Shown here piece by piece: positions 38,088-51,600 of a DNA stretch of 64,000 nt (the stretch's first letter is position 1; each line of letters opens with the position of its first letter). A program made the position numbers and the translations under genes. The DNA lies in assembly GCA_051362555.1 (NCBI GenBank), contig CM120645.1, positions 7,874,001 to 7,938,000 on the forward strand. The letters are read 5' to 3'. This DNA is from Lingula anatina (lineage: Eukaryota > Animalia > Brachiopoda). The notes under the pieces were generated by a model that had not been told where the DNA came from, ran no database searches, and was given only the letters and a program-made list of their open reading frames with translations.

Positions 38088-39726
38088 CAGTGTTCTACGC
38101 CTTCTAGCGGCAGCTCCTGGGAGGTGCTATACCCGGTGTGGCGTGATAGACCCGTGCCGTGACGAAACCGTTCTGCACATGCGCATTGAGGGTAGATTGA
38201 AAGAAGTAATTTCCGGTATGACGATGTCGTCAGAAATGCAAGTGCGGTGCGACACACGAATAAAAGCTGACAAAATGTATCCCCGAATGTTGTACATAGT
38301 AATTTTCTCTTTTGATCTGACGGCTAACAGTCTACTGTACAACGGTACAAATTCGTGATTACTTGCTTGTCGTTTTTGTATTTTTCAAGTTCCCCTTTAA
38401 GGCGATATTTGCCCCGTCAATCCGCATTTCGCAACCAACTCATTTTGCAACCACAAGGAATTTTAAAATAAAAAGAGAGCATGATAACGTTTTTTTTCCA
38501 AGTGCGGTATTTAAGGGGCTTATTCATTCCAACTTTTGTATCCATGTAATGTGTTTGCTCTCCGCGGAAAAAATAAAGGATTAGCATAACAATGTAAGTC
38601 AATAAAATTACGATGCTAAATAAAAAATAGCGTTTTCGAGAAATTTCAAATAAAACGTGGCTGAAAAATTGAACATTTTATTCACTTGTCACTCTGTTAT
38701 TTCTTGATTACTTTATTCATATTTTCTAGATCAAAAAATTCTTAATGACTCACACAGGCACACTTCTAGCGGACATCCTCTGTGCCACGTTTGTACTGAA
38801 TACATACATGTACGATTATCACTGATTATTACATGCATCAAAGGGCAGTGCTCTACTCTTAATTGATAAGTCGATAAAACATATTTTGTACAATCATATC
38901 AGGCGTGATCAAAGTTTTTTTTTTTTTTTTTTTTGCAAAACTTTCTAAACTTTTCAAAGTATCATAAAAGACACAAAACTGTCCAAAGGTGTATATCTGG
39001 CACTGGTAAATGTGCAACTTTCTCAATTGTCATTGTCAGTTTATGTACCATATTTTAATAATAATCATCATGACAGTTAGCAACAAGGTACAAATTATTT
39101 GGACTCTTAACTGTTCTCTCAGACCCTTGCCTGGTAATGAGTTGAAATATTAAAATTACATTGTCTTGTTTTATTTGATTTCTAAAATAAATTTAAGTTT
39201 TCCAAATAGATATACTATTTGAATAAACCTACCTTACACAATTGTGAGTGAACAATTGTTATATCTGCACATTGTAGATAATAGCAATATACTAGTACAG
39301 TTTAGCCACTGATTAGTCTGGCAGTGCACATTAAAGGGATAATAACTCTTTGTATGAGATCTATATTTCACAATAAAAACATTGTGAACAACTTAAAGAA
39401 AAATAATATATTCTGTTTTACCACAAAAACGGCAGTTATAGCTATTATTCTGATTTTTGAGCTTGTCTTTAGACCACGTCACCTCCATTGATGGCTATAC
39501 TCTGTTAAAATCTCTTAAGAGATTTTAACAAAAAACCAAACTTTTTAGAAAATAAAAAATAAGGACTAACTTTGAATGTAAAATTGGATTCATTAACCAT
39601 TGGTAAGTAAGGGAAAATTGTTGTTTACTCCAGGAAAATTCATTTTTTGGCCGAAACGAAGAGTTATTATCTCTTTAAGTATTTGGATAGAACATCTTTC
39701 ATAAGCACTCATATTCTTTGCAGGAA

Positions 39727-42700
39727 TTACTGACTGTTTTCAATCACTGCCGGGTTACATGCTGGGGGCATGGAAAAGAACCATGCTGTCAAAGCAATAG
39801 TGACAAAAACGTAAATGTACAACACAAATCTGTCAATGATCGTAGCGGTAAATCTCCATTGCAGCTTGGACCGTTCGTCCGTCTTGGTTGCCCGGCCTTG
39901 TGCGTCTTTGCCTTGCAGCGTTCGATGAATGTTTTGTAAGACTAGTACCATCTCTTCATTGTTGCCCTCGTTGTTGTTTCTTGACTTTAAGTTCCTACGG
40001 ACGTCTGCCTGAAAGGCGGGGTTATTGTACTCGCTGCTGATGTTAAGTGCATCGCCATTTTGGCTTCCACGTGACTGACGGCGAAGGCTTGGGTCTGACA
40101 GTTTCTTTGTCAGCCATTTGTAAGGATCGCTCTGGAGAGTAAGTAAGAATGCCCCTTATCTATTGGGTAAATCATTAAATAATTCATTTACATTTAATTT
40201 ACTCAAATGATTATGGAATAATTCTTTGAGAGGGAACCTCGGAAACCCAGCTATCCCAAAACAGTTGAAACTATTCAACTGGTAGTGCGATACTGGCATT
40301 TATGTCACTCTTCTAAATAGTTTAAAGTAAAAAAATTAATATATTGTCAATCACATTTACGAAATGTACGCCCACCCCCTTTTGGGGAGGAGGGGTTGGC
40401 GCAATTATAAACACTTCTAAACATATTTTATAAAATCTGAACTCTGTAATTACCGCAAACACAAAGCAAAGATGTGTATATGCGTAACCTTGGAAAAACT
40501 TATGGAATGAAAAAAAAATCGAACCACGTACGTCGATATTGACATCGTCACCAATGGCGTCGTCTGCTGCGCCCTTGAAGCAGACGACACGTCCCAGACC
40601 GTTCAGGAACACCTTCTCCATCCAGAAAGGTAACGCTTGGCCATGCTCTCCTCGGTAATGGACACTGGTGACCATTATACTGCTTAAAGTGGACACGCAT
40701 ATCAGAAGCAGAACGCAGCCCAAGTACATACCTGAAATGGGGCAAAAAAAAAGACCCAATGCCAATTATATTCTGAGTTTTTAAAGTTTGGATTGCAATG
40801 CATTTTTGTTTTGGATGCTTTAACTCACTCAAAACAACGTATCGTTATTTTCAAAGTAAGCATATGGCAGAATTATTCGTCTTGAACCAGCAAACATGGT
40901 TCTTGCACGATACAAACCATTCATTAAGAAGCGTACGTTTAACTAAATTTAACATCTAATTAATTATTACATTTGCTTCATGTATTTATAAGATGCCAAA
41001 TCAAAATTGACTTGAATGATACCAAGGGGGAAAAAACAAATAAATAGGTGTGTAAAAGGGCGTGGAAATTTTACTTTAAAATGATAGTGACATAATTATA
41101 CCAAGAACCAGAGGCGCATTTAAACATTCAACATTACCAGTAGTAATGAAAAACATCGCACAGACTATAATAGGTGCTTACTCAAGACAGGAACAACTTC
41201 AGACTGCGTCGGTGTCAAATCGGAAACCAGCTGCAAAAACACCATCAAAGCCAGCACGGCAGTTACACCAAACGATACCTTTTCTCCAGATTCCACCGGC
41301 AAATAGAAACTTATGCCTGTCATGATCAGAATGACAATACACGGAAGAATAAGATTAAAAACATAGTATAACGGTTTTCGGCAGAGGACGAGATGAAACG
41401 TTACATCCGGGTACGGTTCCTCACAGCAGGCATAATACTCGACCGTCCGTATCGCTGGCACGATGCCCAATTCCCATTGGCCATTTCTCACGAACGATGA
41501 CGTATCTCCAAACGCCGTCTTGTTTATGACGTTCAGTTGAAATCCGTGGTAATGCCAGGAACCGAATTTGATGGGACAGCTTTGTTTGTCGTATGGGAAA
41601 TGGTAAATGTCCATGATACAGCTGCTTTTTAAGATAATGGGAGTGTTCCAATGGACCGTCCCGTCGCTTAACACATAGGCTGGGTAGGACGTGATCTCTC
41701 TCTCTTCTTCTCTAACGCTGAAGGTAACAAAAGGTTTTGTGTTTTGTGAATTTTTTAAAGACAAATGGCCTTTTTTGCCTTCAATGGTGTTTGTAGTGAA
41801 ATAGCTGCCAGTCATTTCTGTAAAACAGAAACTGGTCTGTCAACTGAATTTTTCACAGGTTGAGAATAAATGACTGAAACTTTGTGAACAGTGCATACAC
41901 ATAAGCGTGCGCACACACTCGCACGCACTCTCACACACGTGCACACGTTTACACAACATTTTTATTTTCCATTTGCTCTCCGCTATACAGATACTTACTC
42001 ATTATAGATGGTCAAATCTGGTCTCCAAATACTGCTTATCGCCACGTCAAACATTGTCTGGTTCGAGTACTCGGACGCGTTCCAAGTCAGTAATTCATCT
42101 CTCCACGACTGACAAGAGCAACCGATGCAACATGAAAATGAAAAACGCAAGCGTCAGTATACTTAAATAGTATTAAAATAAGTGTCCCCTAGATTCAGTT
42201 TAGCGGAAACTCTCCATCTTACTAGCATTTTATTACTTTTATTTTTTAATGCATTTTATTTTTTGCTTTTGATTAAAATAATTTTTAAAGTATTGCAACA
42301 AAGAGGCAGGAAGTAAAATTAAGCACCCTACGAAACTAACCAACATATTTGGGGATTTTCAAAACAAAGTATGCTTGAAACTAAAAACATCTAGATCTCG
42401 AGATATTTTCTTTGTCGTGTGTAATGCAGTATTTATAAACAAAGTGTAATAGCAAATTGTAATACAGAGTGGTTAAATAAGTCACATACCTGCCTCAGCC
42501 ATATGCTTACAAACAAGATTTGTTCGGCTGCATTCTATAAAATAAAATAATTAGAAATAGTTTGCTTCAATTTGGTGCTTGATCATAACAAAAGTTAAAT
42601 TGTTTGTGCTTTAAATAAAAACTTATTTAATTATAGTGGACTGCACTCGAATTAACCTGACAGGAAGTGGACTAATATAGTAACATTATGATCAACTTCC

Positions 42701-45565
42701 GGTCTAAGACCTTTTGAGACACTGGTTCCAAATCTCACTTTTGTGAAGCTAGCCTAGTTAACGGCTATTTCCGATATACACTCTTGCTATAAAGTATGGA
42801 TTTTTCCAACACCATGTCGATGTTTCGATTACAATAAGATCCAACTTAGTAAAACAATGAATTTATATATTGAATCAGTGATATGCATGTACATGGCACA
42901 TTGTAATCCTTCGCATTTGCTTGAGAGAATTTGAATTGCAACTGCATTTGTCAGCGACAACGACAGGTAAAAGAATAAATTATAGAATAAGAGATATACA
43001 TGAAACATTGTTACCCTTCGAATTTGCTTGACAGAATTTGAATTGCAACTGCATTTGTCAGCGACAAAGACACACTGGGGATATGCACATGTGACATTTC
43101 ATTCGGCTCCGATCTATTCAGCTGGGTATACAACTTAAACAACATACAATAGTAATGGATTTTCCACTTCCGTAGTCTGATAATTGCTCCAAAGTCAGTG
43201 CTAAAGCTCAGCATATATCAGTGACATTGTAGAAATTGCCATAGTGTTATTAAAAATTGAACGCATCTTAAATTTTGAAATATTGCATACAATCATGCAA
43301 AAGTGCTTAGTAAGTGAAAGTAGACTAAAAACTCAGAGAATTATGGAGAATGAATTACCAATTCTATGACTTGGTTAATACTGATGTCCACGCTGACGTT
43401 CACGGCGTCACGTGGGTCCAAGACAGGCCTCAGGTTTGTATCGTAGGTAGACAAAAGAGATTTCTTTAAGTCGTACAGGCTCTTGTAGTCCACACTACGG
43501 CCGGTTGTTGCTAGGAAGAAAAAAACACCACTTACATGAATATGTAGAGCCAGTTTGCAATTTTTCTTTTATCTACAAACAAATTAATATTTTTCACAGG
43601 TACACAAATCTCTCCAACCTGTATGTCCCCATTTCCAGTGAGACACTCAATAAGAAATGTTCACAACTGGACATGGATACCGCATCCTGTTTCACAAGTT
43701 TACGCGTTGGCCCTTCTTCACTAATATATGAGGAAGTGCGAATGGCCCTTCTTCACTAATATATGAGGAAGTGCGAAACCATGGCAATTTGCTGAGTTGC
43801 GGAAAAAAGCCCTGACACAAAAGGTGTAGGTTAACATGCCGTGTGCTAGGATAAAAAAGAGGGTCCCATTGGGTTCTTTTCATTACTCGTGAAAGCATCT
43901 TTCTATTTTTCCACGATGCGTGAAACGTTCATATTATTTAGCGTGATCCGTGAAGCTCCCCATTCCCGTGACTCATGAATGCGGATGTTTATTCCTCATC
44001 CTTCGTATAAAGATGCCATTATACTCGGTGATTCGTGATTTTCAACTCGCCAGACTCGCATTTTAATGAGATATGAGAAAAGTTTTATTTACTGTGATTA
44101 ATGATTTAATGATTTTTATTTCCCGTGAACTGCGATCACCCCCCCCCCCCCCAATGGGACCCTAAAAAAAAGGTGTCATCGATAGCACCTTGAAACTGAA
44201 AGTGTGGAACAAATAGTTTACCCATATTGGTAGAGAGAAGCGATCACCAAATACGAAAAAGTCATGTTACAAATGAAAAAAGAAAGAGAGAGTAGAGAAA
44301 CTCGTATTTTCCTTTGTATCATAGATTCACAATGAGGACTGACTGCTGTATAGATAGCGATAATGCTGCATTTCATGGCCACTGCTCGTGAAATAATATA
44401 CCTCATCTTAGGTGGTTGCTGAGCCGTTAAGGGCATTAAGACACATCAAGTTACTCAGTCGTTGAATGAGATGTTCAGCGGTCTTTTCTTAAACCTTAAA
44501 ACTATCAAAATAGTTTTACAGCCATCAGACATCTTGTAAATTGAAAAGTTTATAATTATTTAAGAATTTTATAGTAAAAGGTAGTGCTTCGACTACATAT
44601 AAGGCACTGTGGCATTACGTTGCCACAAGACCCCCCCCCCCCCCCCCACCCCCCATTCGAACTCAAGTCAAACAATTTTCATGCATAAAAAAAACGATAA
44701 AGTTGACATTCACTTCACCTTTCAGTTGATAGCATCCAGCTATCATGACACGGCAGGCAGGGTGGTAACTGCCCTGACTGCTAGTCTTTAGCTTGAAAAG
44801 GTGAAAAAAAATTACCGCACATATACCAAATGAGTGAGGACACGGCCTCGCTTGGTTAGTTTAGCACTGCTTTAGGTGAAGTTCAAGTGCCTATTAATTC
44901 GGTTTAGGCGTCACTCTGTTACTTGTGATCACCACAGTTCTTACAACAGAGCAAGGTGATTGAATGAGACGTTAATTAGCGCTTATAACGTGCCGTGACG
45001 TATCCGCACACGCGCATTCTTGCGTGTATGAATATTTTCCACCCAGTAGAGTTGTCTGTAATGTTCAATTTTATATCTTGGAGGCCATTTGCAACTGTTC
45101 ACAGAAATAGCAGAATATCGAAATTAATAATTAATGCTTTAATGAATTAGTTGCATGTTATTATAAGTGTAAATTGGACGTAACATTCAAATACGTAAAT
45201 ATGTATAATTCCAAGTGACCCATACAACATGATATTCCTTTTACTTCAACTTTGAATAAATGTAGAACGGAGAATGTTCTCCCCCCCCCCCTTGACACCT
45301 GTAAAGTCATTGCCTCAATCAATATCTACTTCAAGAACCAAACTGAGGAATCTGAACGGACTAGTGTTTACGTAACTTTTCGTGTTCAGTGGTAAGGAGT
45401 TTCAACTTTTTATCTAATACAAATTTTTTTATACGTCTTACACAATGACCTGCATATGGCGTATAAGACCTAGTACTAACGCTCAACTATCTACTTACAT
45501 ACAATCTGGCAGGCACATACTGTCAGCAGGAAGAAAAGAGCCCGTTTCGGTGTTTCCATCGCCAT
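39727..45565 (-). CDS. nAChR alpha subunit C, ~504 aa; exons 45565-45499, 43510-43359, 42534-42490, 42108-41999, 41717-41182, 40731-40532, 40131-39727
   Basis: Signal peptide MAMETPKRALFFLLTVCACQIV; YDTNLRPV; IWLRQSW; IWRPDLTIYN; CIMDIYHFPYDKQSC; YYACCEEPY; GEK-M2; phases match. Confidence 0.9.
42909..43067. repeat. Two ~52-bp direct repeats in intron 2 of subunit C
   Basis: CTTCG.ATTTGCTTGA.AGAATTTGAATTGCAACTGCATTTGTCAGCGACAA twice. Confidence 0.8.
43708..43777. repeat. Exact 35-bp tandem duplication
   Basis: TGGCCCTTCTTCACTAATATATGAGGAAGTGCGAA x2. Confidence 0.9.
43860..44163. mobile_element. MITE with AGGGTCCCATTGGG termini
   Basis: AGGGTCCCATTGGG ... CCCAATGGGACCCT, internal repeated CGTGA motifs, A-rich flanks. 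Confidence 0.6.
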
Positions 45566-46388
45566 GTTATCAAAGTACAAATAGTCCGATGTCACGCTCT
45601 GAAAACGCTGATAAATAATTGTATACAGGACCCGATTATACGTGGGATGTCATGCCTGATATGCCTTCCAATAGATGTCCATATGACAACGGTGAGTAGA
45701 AGTCAGTGGCAAGGCAACACTGAGGAATGCGCCTGTAATTAATTTAGGTTGTCATGGATCTCTTGCAACCGTTTTCTCCGTCCGGTATGAGTGGTCGATC
45801 AATCAATGCGACTAATGCTGAATATGTAGCAAGTATTTTCTAAGTAAAATCAATGTGTAATATGCATTTCTAAAGAAACGAGGTAAGCGGCCTTTGGGAG
45901 TCTGCTGTGAAATGCATCGCAGTCGGCTAAAGTAGGATTAGGATTGAGTCTAAAAGCTGACTTCAAACTTTTGTGAAACAGACTCATAGCAATCTTGAAC
46001 AAAACTAAGTTATTTTCGTGTGTGAGTATGTGTGTGTGCGTGCGTGCGCGCCTTTGTTTACGATGTCACGCTCTGAAAATTTTATCGCCTTTATTTCAAA
46101 CAAAATATTTTTCTGGCAAAGTTCCACTTATTCATAAGAGCAAACGCGTAACAAAACACCAACCAAATAAATGAAGCACAAAAAAAATTGAATCTGAGAC
46201 AAGTTCATCTCGTCACACCGTCATGTCAAGATGTCATGGCTGAGTGACTCTCCCAAGACAATGTGCAGACATGGCAACTGATGTACGTAGGGAACATCAA
46301 TAAAACACAATGACAGCGCCAATGGTGCTGCTTTGTGAGTCGTGCTACCTTGACTTTTGAAATAAACCTTGATTCCCAGTAACATAAA

Positions 46389-46574
46389 GAGCGCATTCAG
46401 AACAGCGAGCTAACAGGTCCGCTGATCAAAAATGGCCGACCCACTTGAATGCTTGTTGCGTAATCCCCGTGGAGAATCCACTCAGTATCTAATCGGGAGA
46501 TAAACAGCAAGCTTTTTTGGTGGGTCGCCATATTTGATCCGCGGATCTGCTAGTCCGTTGTTCTGCATGCGCTC
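46389..46574. mobile_element. Harbinger-like MITE, related to 62372-62539
   Basis: GAGCGCATTCAGAACA ... TGTTCTGCATGCGCTC termini; internal ATGGCCGACCCACTTGAAT and GTGGGTCGCCATATTTGA shared with the 62.4-kb copy in opposite orientation. Confidence 0.65.
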
Positions 46575-48650
46575 ATACATAATCACTCGAGCAACCATAA
46601 AAGAACTTTAGAACTGCATCTTTTTCAAAGTTTTGGTCGTAAATTTTCCCTACTTATCTGACCTACTTGTAGGTGTATCTGCCCCAATTATAAGCAGCAC
46701 AGAAAGTTAGCAGAAAATATTAGTTCAAATTTCTGGTTTTTTCCCCAGTAATATGAAACCATATCCTTCGATATATTTTCTTTTTATTTTATTTGACACT
46801 ATTTGGTCGGCATTTGTGGCAAAAAATTGACTCCAAATGCATCTCTAAAATTGTGTGATGTACACGCGTTTTCATTCACTTGAAGCAAACCTCTCATAGG
46901 ATTCTGGTTTTCCACAGCAAGATTATATTTTGTAAGTACTGTGAACAGCCCACCATATCTATAGCTATAGGTTTGGCGTATGTGCTTTGGGTTTAAAGGA
47001 AAAAATCGATGTGCCCGCAAAAGCCAACTTTTGTTCCACTTTCAATTTAGAATTAGCATTTGTTCTTGAATTTCACTTGCAAAACAACTGGACATATCAA
47101 AATATGTAAAAAAAAAATTATACAGTAAAAAAGCTCCCCTAATCCCTGCTTTTATTCTTTTTATTATATTTTTATTGTATCTTTATATTTAAATTTTAAA
47201 AAAAACTTCCCTCCCCACGGCCAATTTAGTCCCTAGCTAATGCATGTGCAGCTGTAGAGTTTTATTAATAATCTGCAACTCTTCTTCGCAGTCTCACTTG
47301 TCCCAGGTCTCATGTTATCATTATTATTTTCGTTCAGGTAAACTACACACAGAACGGCATATTTCCCGTTTTGAGTTTTGTTATATTGTTGTAAATCGTT
47401 CACGTGCTAACATGTTTCATATTTTCAATATGGCTCCTGCATCCTCGAGCTTGTATAAAGTTAGGTGCAGTGTTAAATAAAGGGGACTTTTGTACTTCTT
47501 CCCATGTATGAAAGCAGTCTGCATCAGGCTTCACAACGGTGGAATAGACTACATAACTGAGGAGTCTGGGCCAGGTGGAATAAAAGAACTCAATTTTAGA
47601 CCTAAAAATAGCCTATTGTCCAACAGGACAAAACAGCAATGACTCCATTTAAATGAGAATATTGCATAATTATTTTAAGCAGTAAGATTTATGAAAAGAT
47701 TCGTTTTTTAGAAGGATGTTTACTTCTTTCAATCTTTTTAAAAACAAATTTAGCCTTGCAAGTTTGACTTCACAGTTAGGACAAACTTCCTACTCCAATC
47801 CTTTACTGACACCGGTCTCAGGTCAAATTGTGTGGAAGCAGTGGTCCATATCAACTGTCACACAGAAAAAGTCATATAAAAAAAGACGCATTAGTGCACT
47901 TAATGTCACCGCTTAAAAAAGAATCTAGGGCATCTAGCGTATCCGCGAATAGAGAAAAGAATCAATTATATCAAAACTCGCAGCCGCATATACAAAATGA
48001 AAGTATAAAACACACTCGACTACCTGTTAATGAATAGCATCAACATTTGCGTCGAATAAAAGTGCTCTAATAATCAATTAATAAAATTGAGCTTGTAAGG
48101 AGTCTTATTAAATAAGATTTAAGAGATTTAAGAATCAATGTTAACCTTTTAAAAAGCTGCAGTTTCTCAAAACCCACCCAGTAATAATGTGATAAACAAT
48201 GACCGTTATTTTGAGTCACTTTTGGCAAACCCACGTTAATGGTCTTTCGCTTTTTCCGTATTCTTTCTCCTTTAAAACATATTAAAATAACTTTTTTTAT
48301 AAAACTTTATTGTTGAAGAAAGATGTGATTATTGCGTGGTGTTTTATTTGTTGGCTTAATTAGCGTGAAGGACATAGGCACACATGCAGAGCGCGTATGT
48401 TCTATACAATTAGTTCACACAATGTCCTCCGCAATGCGGAGCTGGAAGACATCTACTGGTTTGTATAAAACAGATAAAATGCTGCTACCTGCGGCACGTG
48501 CATGGAAAAATAAATCTTCAAATCTCATGTTGAAATACCGCGGGAGATGCTGCGGGAAAACCCTCTAGAATAATACTGCATTGCGGATGAAATCAGAGTT
48601 TTAAAAGTTTGTGGTTTTTTGCTGTATTGCTGTAACCACGGTCTTTTTGT

Positions 48651-51600
48651 TCAGTGACTTCCCTGCGAACAGTTTGGCGCAGATGCAAAAAACATCACAG
48701 TTGCAATTACAGTGACAATAAAGTAAATATACATTGCCAAAGTATCAATGATTACTGCTATGAGTTGCCATTCTGTCTGTAAGCTATCATCTTTACGGAC
48801 TTCTTTTTTATGCGTTTCCTCGGCTTCTAATTTATGAAGTATCTTCTGCAGAATTCGGTTTGTTTCCAACCGAGGATCTGGATCGTCTTGGAGCAATTGC
48901 ATCTGAACATCGGACGGGTCGGCAATGTCAGGGGATTCTCGGCTTTCATCGATGCACGCCAACACGCTCCCCTCGCTGTTGTTGTGGACGCCATTGTGGA
49001 GTTCGCCTGTGAATCTAAACTTTCCGACTTTTTGTTCCTTTTCGGATTTGTGCTTTTTAAAAGTCAGTGGTTGTTTGGACCTTTTCTGAAATATGCATAT
49101 ATTCCATAAATGTCCAATCAGAACATTTTAAACGTTCAAAACCCTTATAGGCCTAATTATTAAAATCAAAAATAACAATGTGCTAAATAGGACAAAAGAT
49201 TCCGGGAGTCAAAAGAAATTTTCTCTAAATCATACTTCCATTCCATTAACAGAAGATCATCTTTTAATTTAAAAGATGTCAAATAGCATCACATTTACTT
49301 AAACATGAAAATCCCAATCCCCTTCTTTCTCTTTAAATTAACTTTTTAATCACGCACGCGCAAACTCACACACACGCGCACACACACAAAGATCATATCA
49401 AAGACTTTCTATAATATTTACCTTCCTATAGATCCCTCCTAGAGCTTCCCTGACCGTTTTTCTCTTACACGTGATAGTTGCCAGGTAACCAAAGAACAGC
49501 GTTTGCATCCATCCGGGCACTTGGTGTCCGCGCTCACCGCTGAAGTGGTAATTACTGACCAAAACGCAGGAGGCAGTGGACAAACAGAGGAGAACCAAGA
49601 CCACGCCGAAGTAGACACCTAAAAAAATTAATTGGCAAGCAGATTCACGACACATTTTATACAAGCAAAGGAGAAATAATTTCAAGTTACAGTATTGTAT
49701 CTAAAGACAATTATATACTCGTGGTATGGAAAAAATAGCCATATAAAATTTCGGGGAAAAATGGATGCAACGTTTTTGTCGTTTCACCGCAATGGCAATA
49801 GCAGAATCCTCGTGGCACAACTAAAGCATCAGCCGTGATCACATATTTTAGAATGCACAGATGTGGGATTGTCCATCAATTTTGTACAAATATAAATGTA
49901 TTACTGTTTTTACTATAAAAAGAAACAAGGCCCTAACACTACATGTACGTCTAATAGGCCAATAGATCGGGATAGACCGAGCTGACAAACAAACAAACAA
50001 GAGAGCTGTGTTTGACTGAGTACATTTTATGGAATACTTCACCAGTGAAAGTTAATAGTAATCAGCTCATATAAAATTTTCTCACATAGGAATATATATA
50101 ACATCTCAACTTACCCAGCAGAGGCAATACCTCTGACTGTGTTGGAGTCTCTGAAGCCACAATCTGCAAGAACACCATCAAGGCAAGCACGACTGTGATG
50201 CCAAAGGAAACCTTCTCCCCAGATTCAACAGGCAGTTTAAAACTAACAGCAGTCATCACCAAGATGAGGATACAAGGAAGAACAAGATTATACACATAAA
50301 ACAGTGGTTTGCGACATAGCACCAAATAAAACGTCACATCGGGATACGGCTCTGGACAGCAACCGTAAACCGTTACTGTTCGCCGAACTGGCACGTCCAA
50401 AAGTTCCCAAGCTCCATTCAAGACGAAAGATCTCATGTCTCCGGTTGAACTTTTATTAAATAAATCCAACTGGTTCCCGTTGTAGTTCCATGAACCGAAT
50501 TTTAATGGACAGTCGTGCTGGTCGTATGGAAAGTAACGGACGTTCATGCGGCAACTTGCCCGGTATATGATTGGCGTATTCCATTTGACTGTCCCGTCAC
50601 TGCGGACGACTGCGGGGTAGCTTGTCACGTCTCTCTCTTCTTCCCGAACACTACAGAATATCAGAGATAATATTAACAATACGTAAAACCCTTTCTTTAT
50701 AAACTATAGTCAAAAACTTACTTAATATCCTGCTTTTAACAGAATTTATAAGCTATATAGGCTAATAATGACGCACTGTTTTAAAAATTGATTTTTTTAA
50801 CAAACATTCAACTGACAAAATACGAAAAAAAGACCCACAGTAACTTGAAACCTTTTCTTTTGTTTTTAAATAGATTATTTTATAAATATAATTGTTTTGT
50901 TTCTAATTCTGATCAAATTTATATAAGCTAATTGATGCTTAGGCACCTAGCGCTTGTAGGCCTGTTCGTTTTGTTGTCATCTAAAAACTTCGCTCCAGGA
51001 TGAAATTCCTTTAAGCCGAAAATTTTGATGATTCTATACAATGATAAATTTGTCGAAAAGGGAGTGAATTTACTATTCTATCGGTACATTTGGAGACGGC
51101 AAAGGCGTCAGACTAAAATTCTCTGGGCTAAAGTGAGCACAGTCTTTTTGGTTTCATTCATAGCCTTATGCACCACCTTTGAAGTAAAGTCCAAGGTTAA
51201 AGAGCTACTTGAAATGCAGCATGGTTATATAAACCTACAAATGTTCCTACCTTAACCAACATCAACGCTCCATGCATTTTAAACAAAAAGAGTTGAAGTA
51301 ACAAGAGGTGACTGTTCATTTTGACACACGGATAATGTCCCTCGCTGCCCAATATTGGGTTATTTGGGCACGTGAGCCGATTCATCAGCGTTATTCAGGT
51401 TTTTTAAACCAGTAACATGCGCCATTTGCCTCTCAATCAAATCATAATCGACTTAAAAATAGTTTGTCACATTCACCTATAAAATTGTCACTGAATTTTT
51501 ATTTAATACTCCAATCATATACACTGATGCTCATAAGTTAAGCAACACCCCGTTTTTTCAAAAGTTTCTTCTGTCATGATCATTATTTCATTTATTGGTG

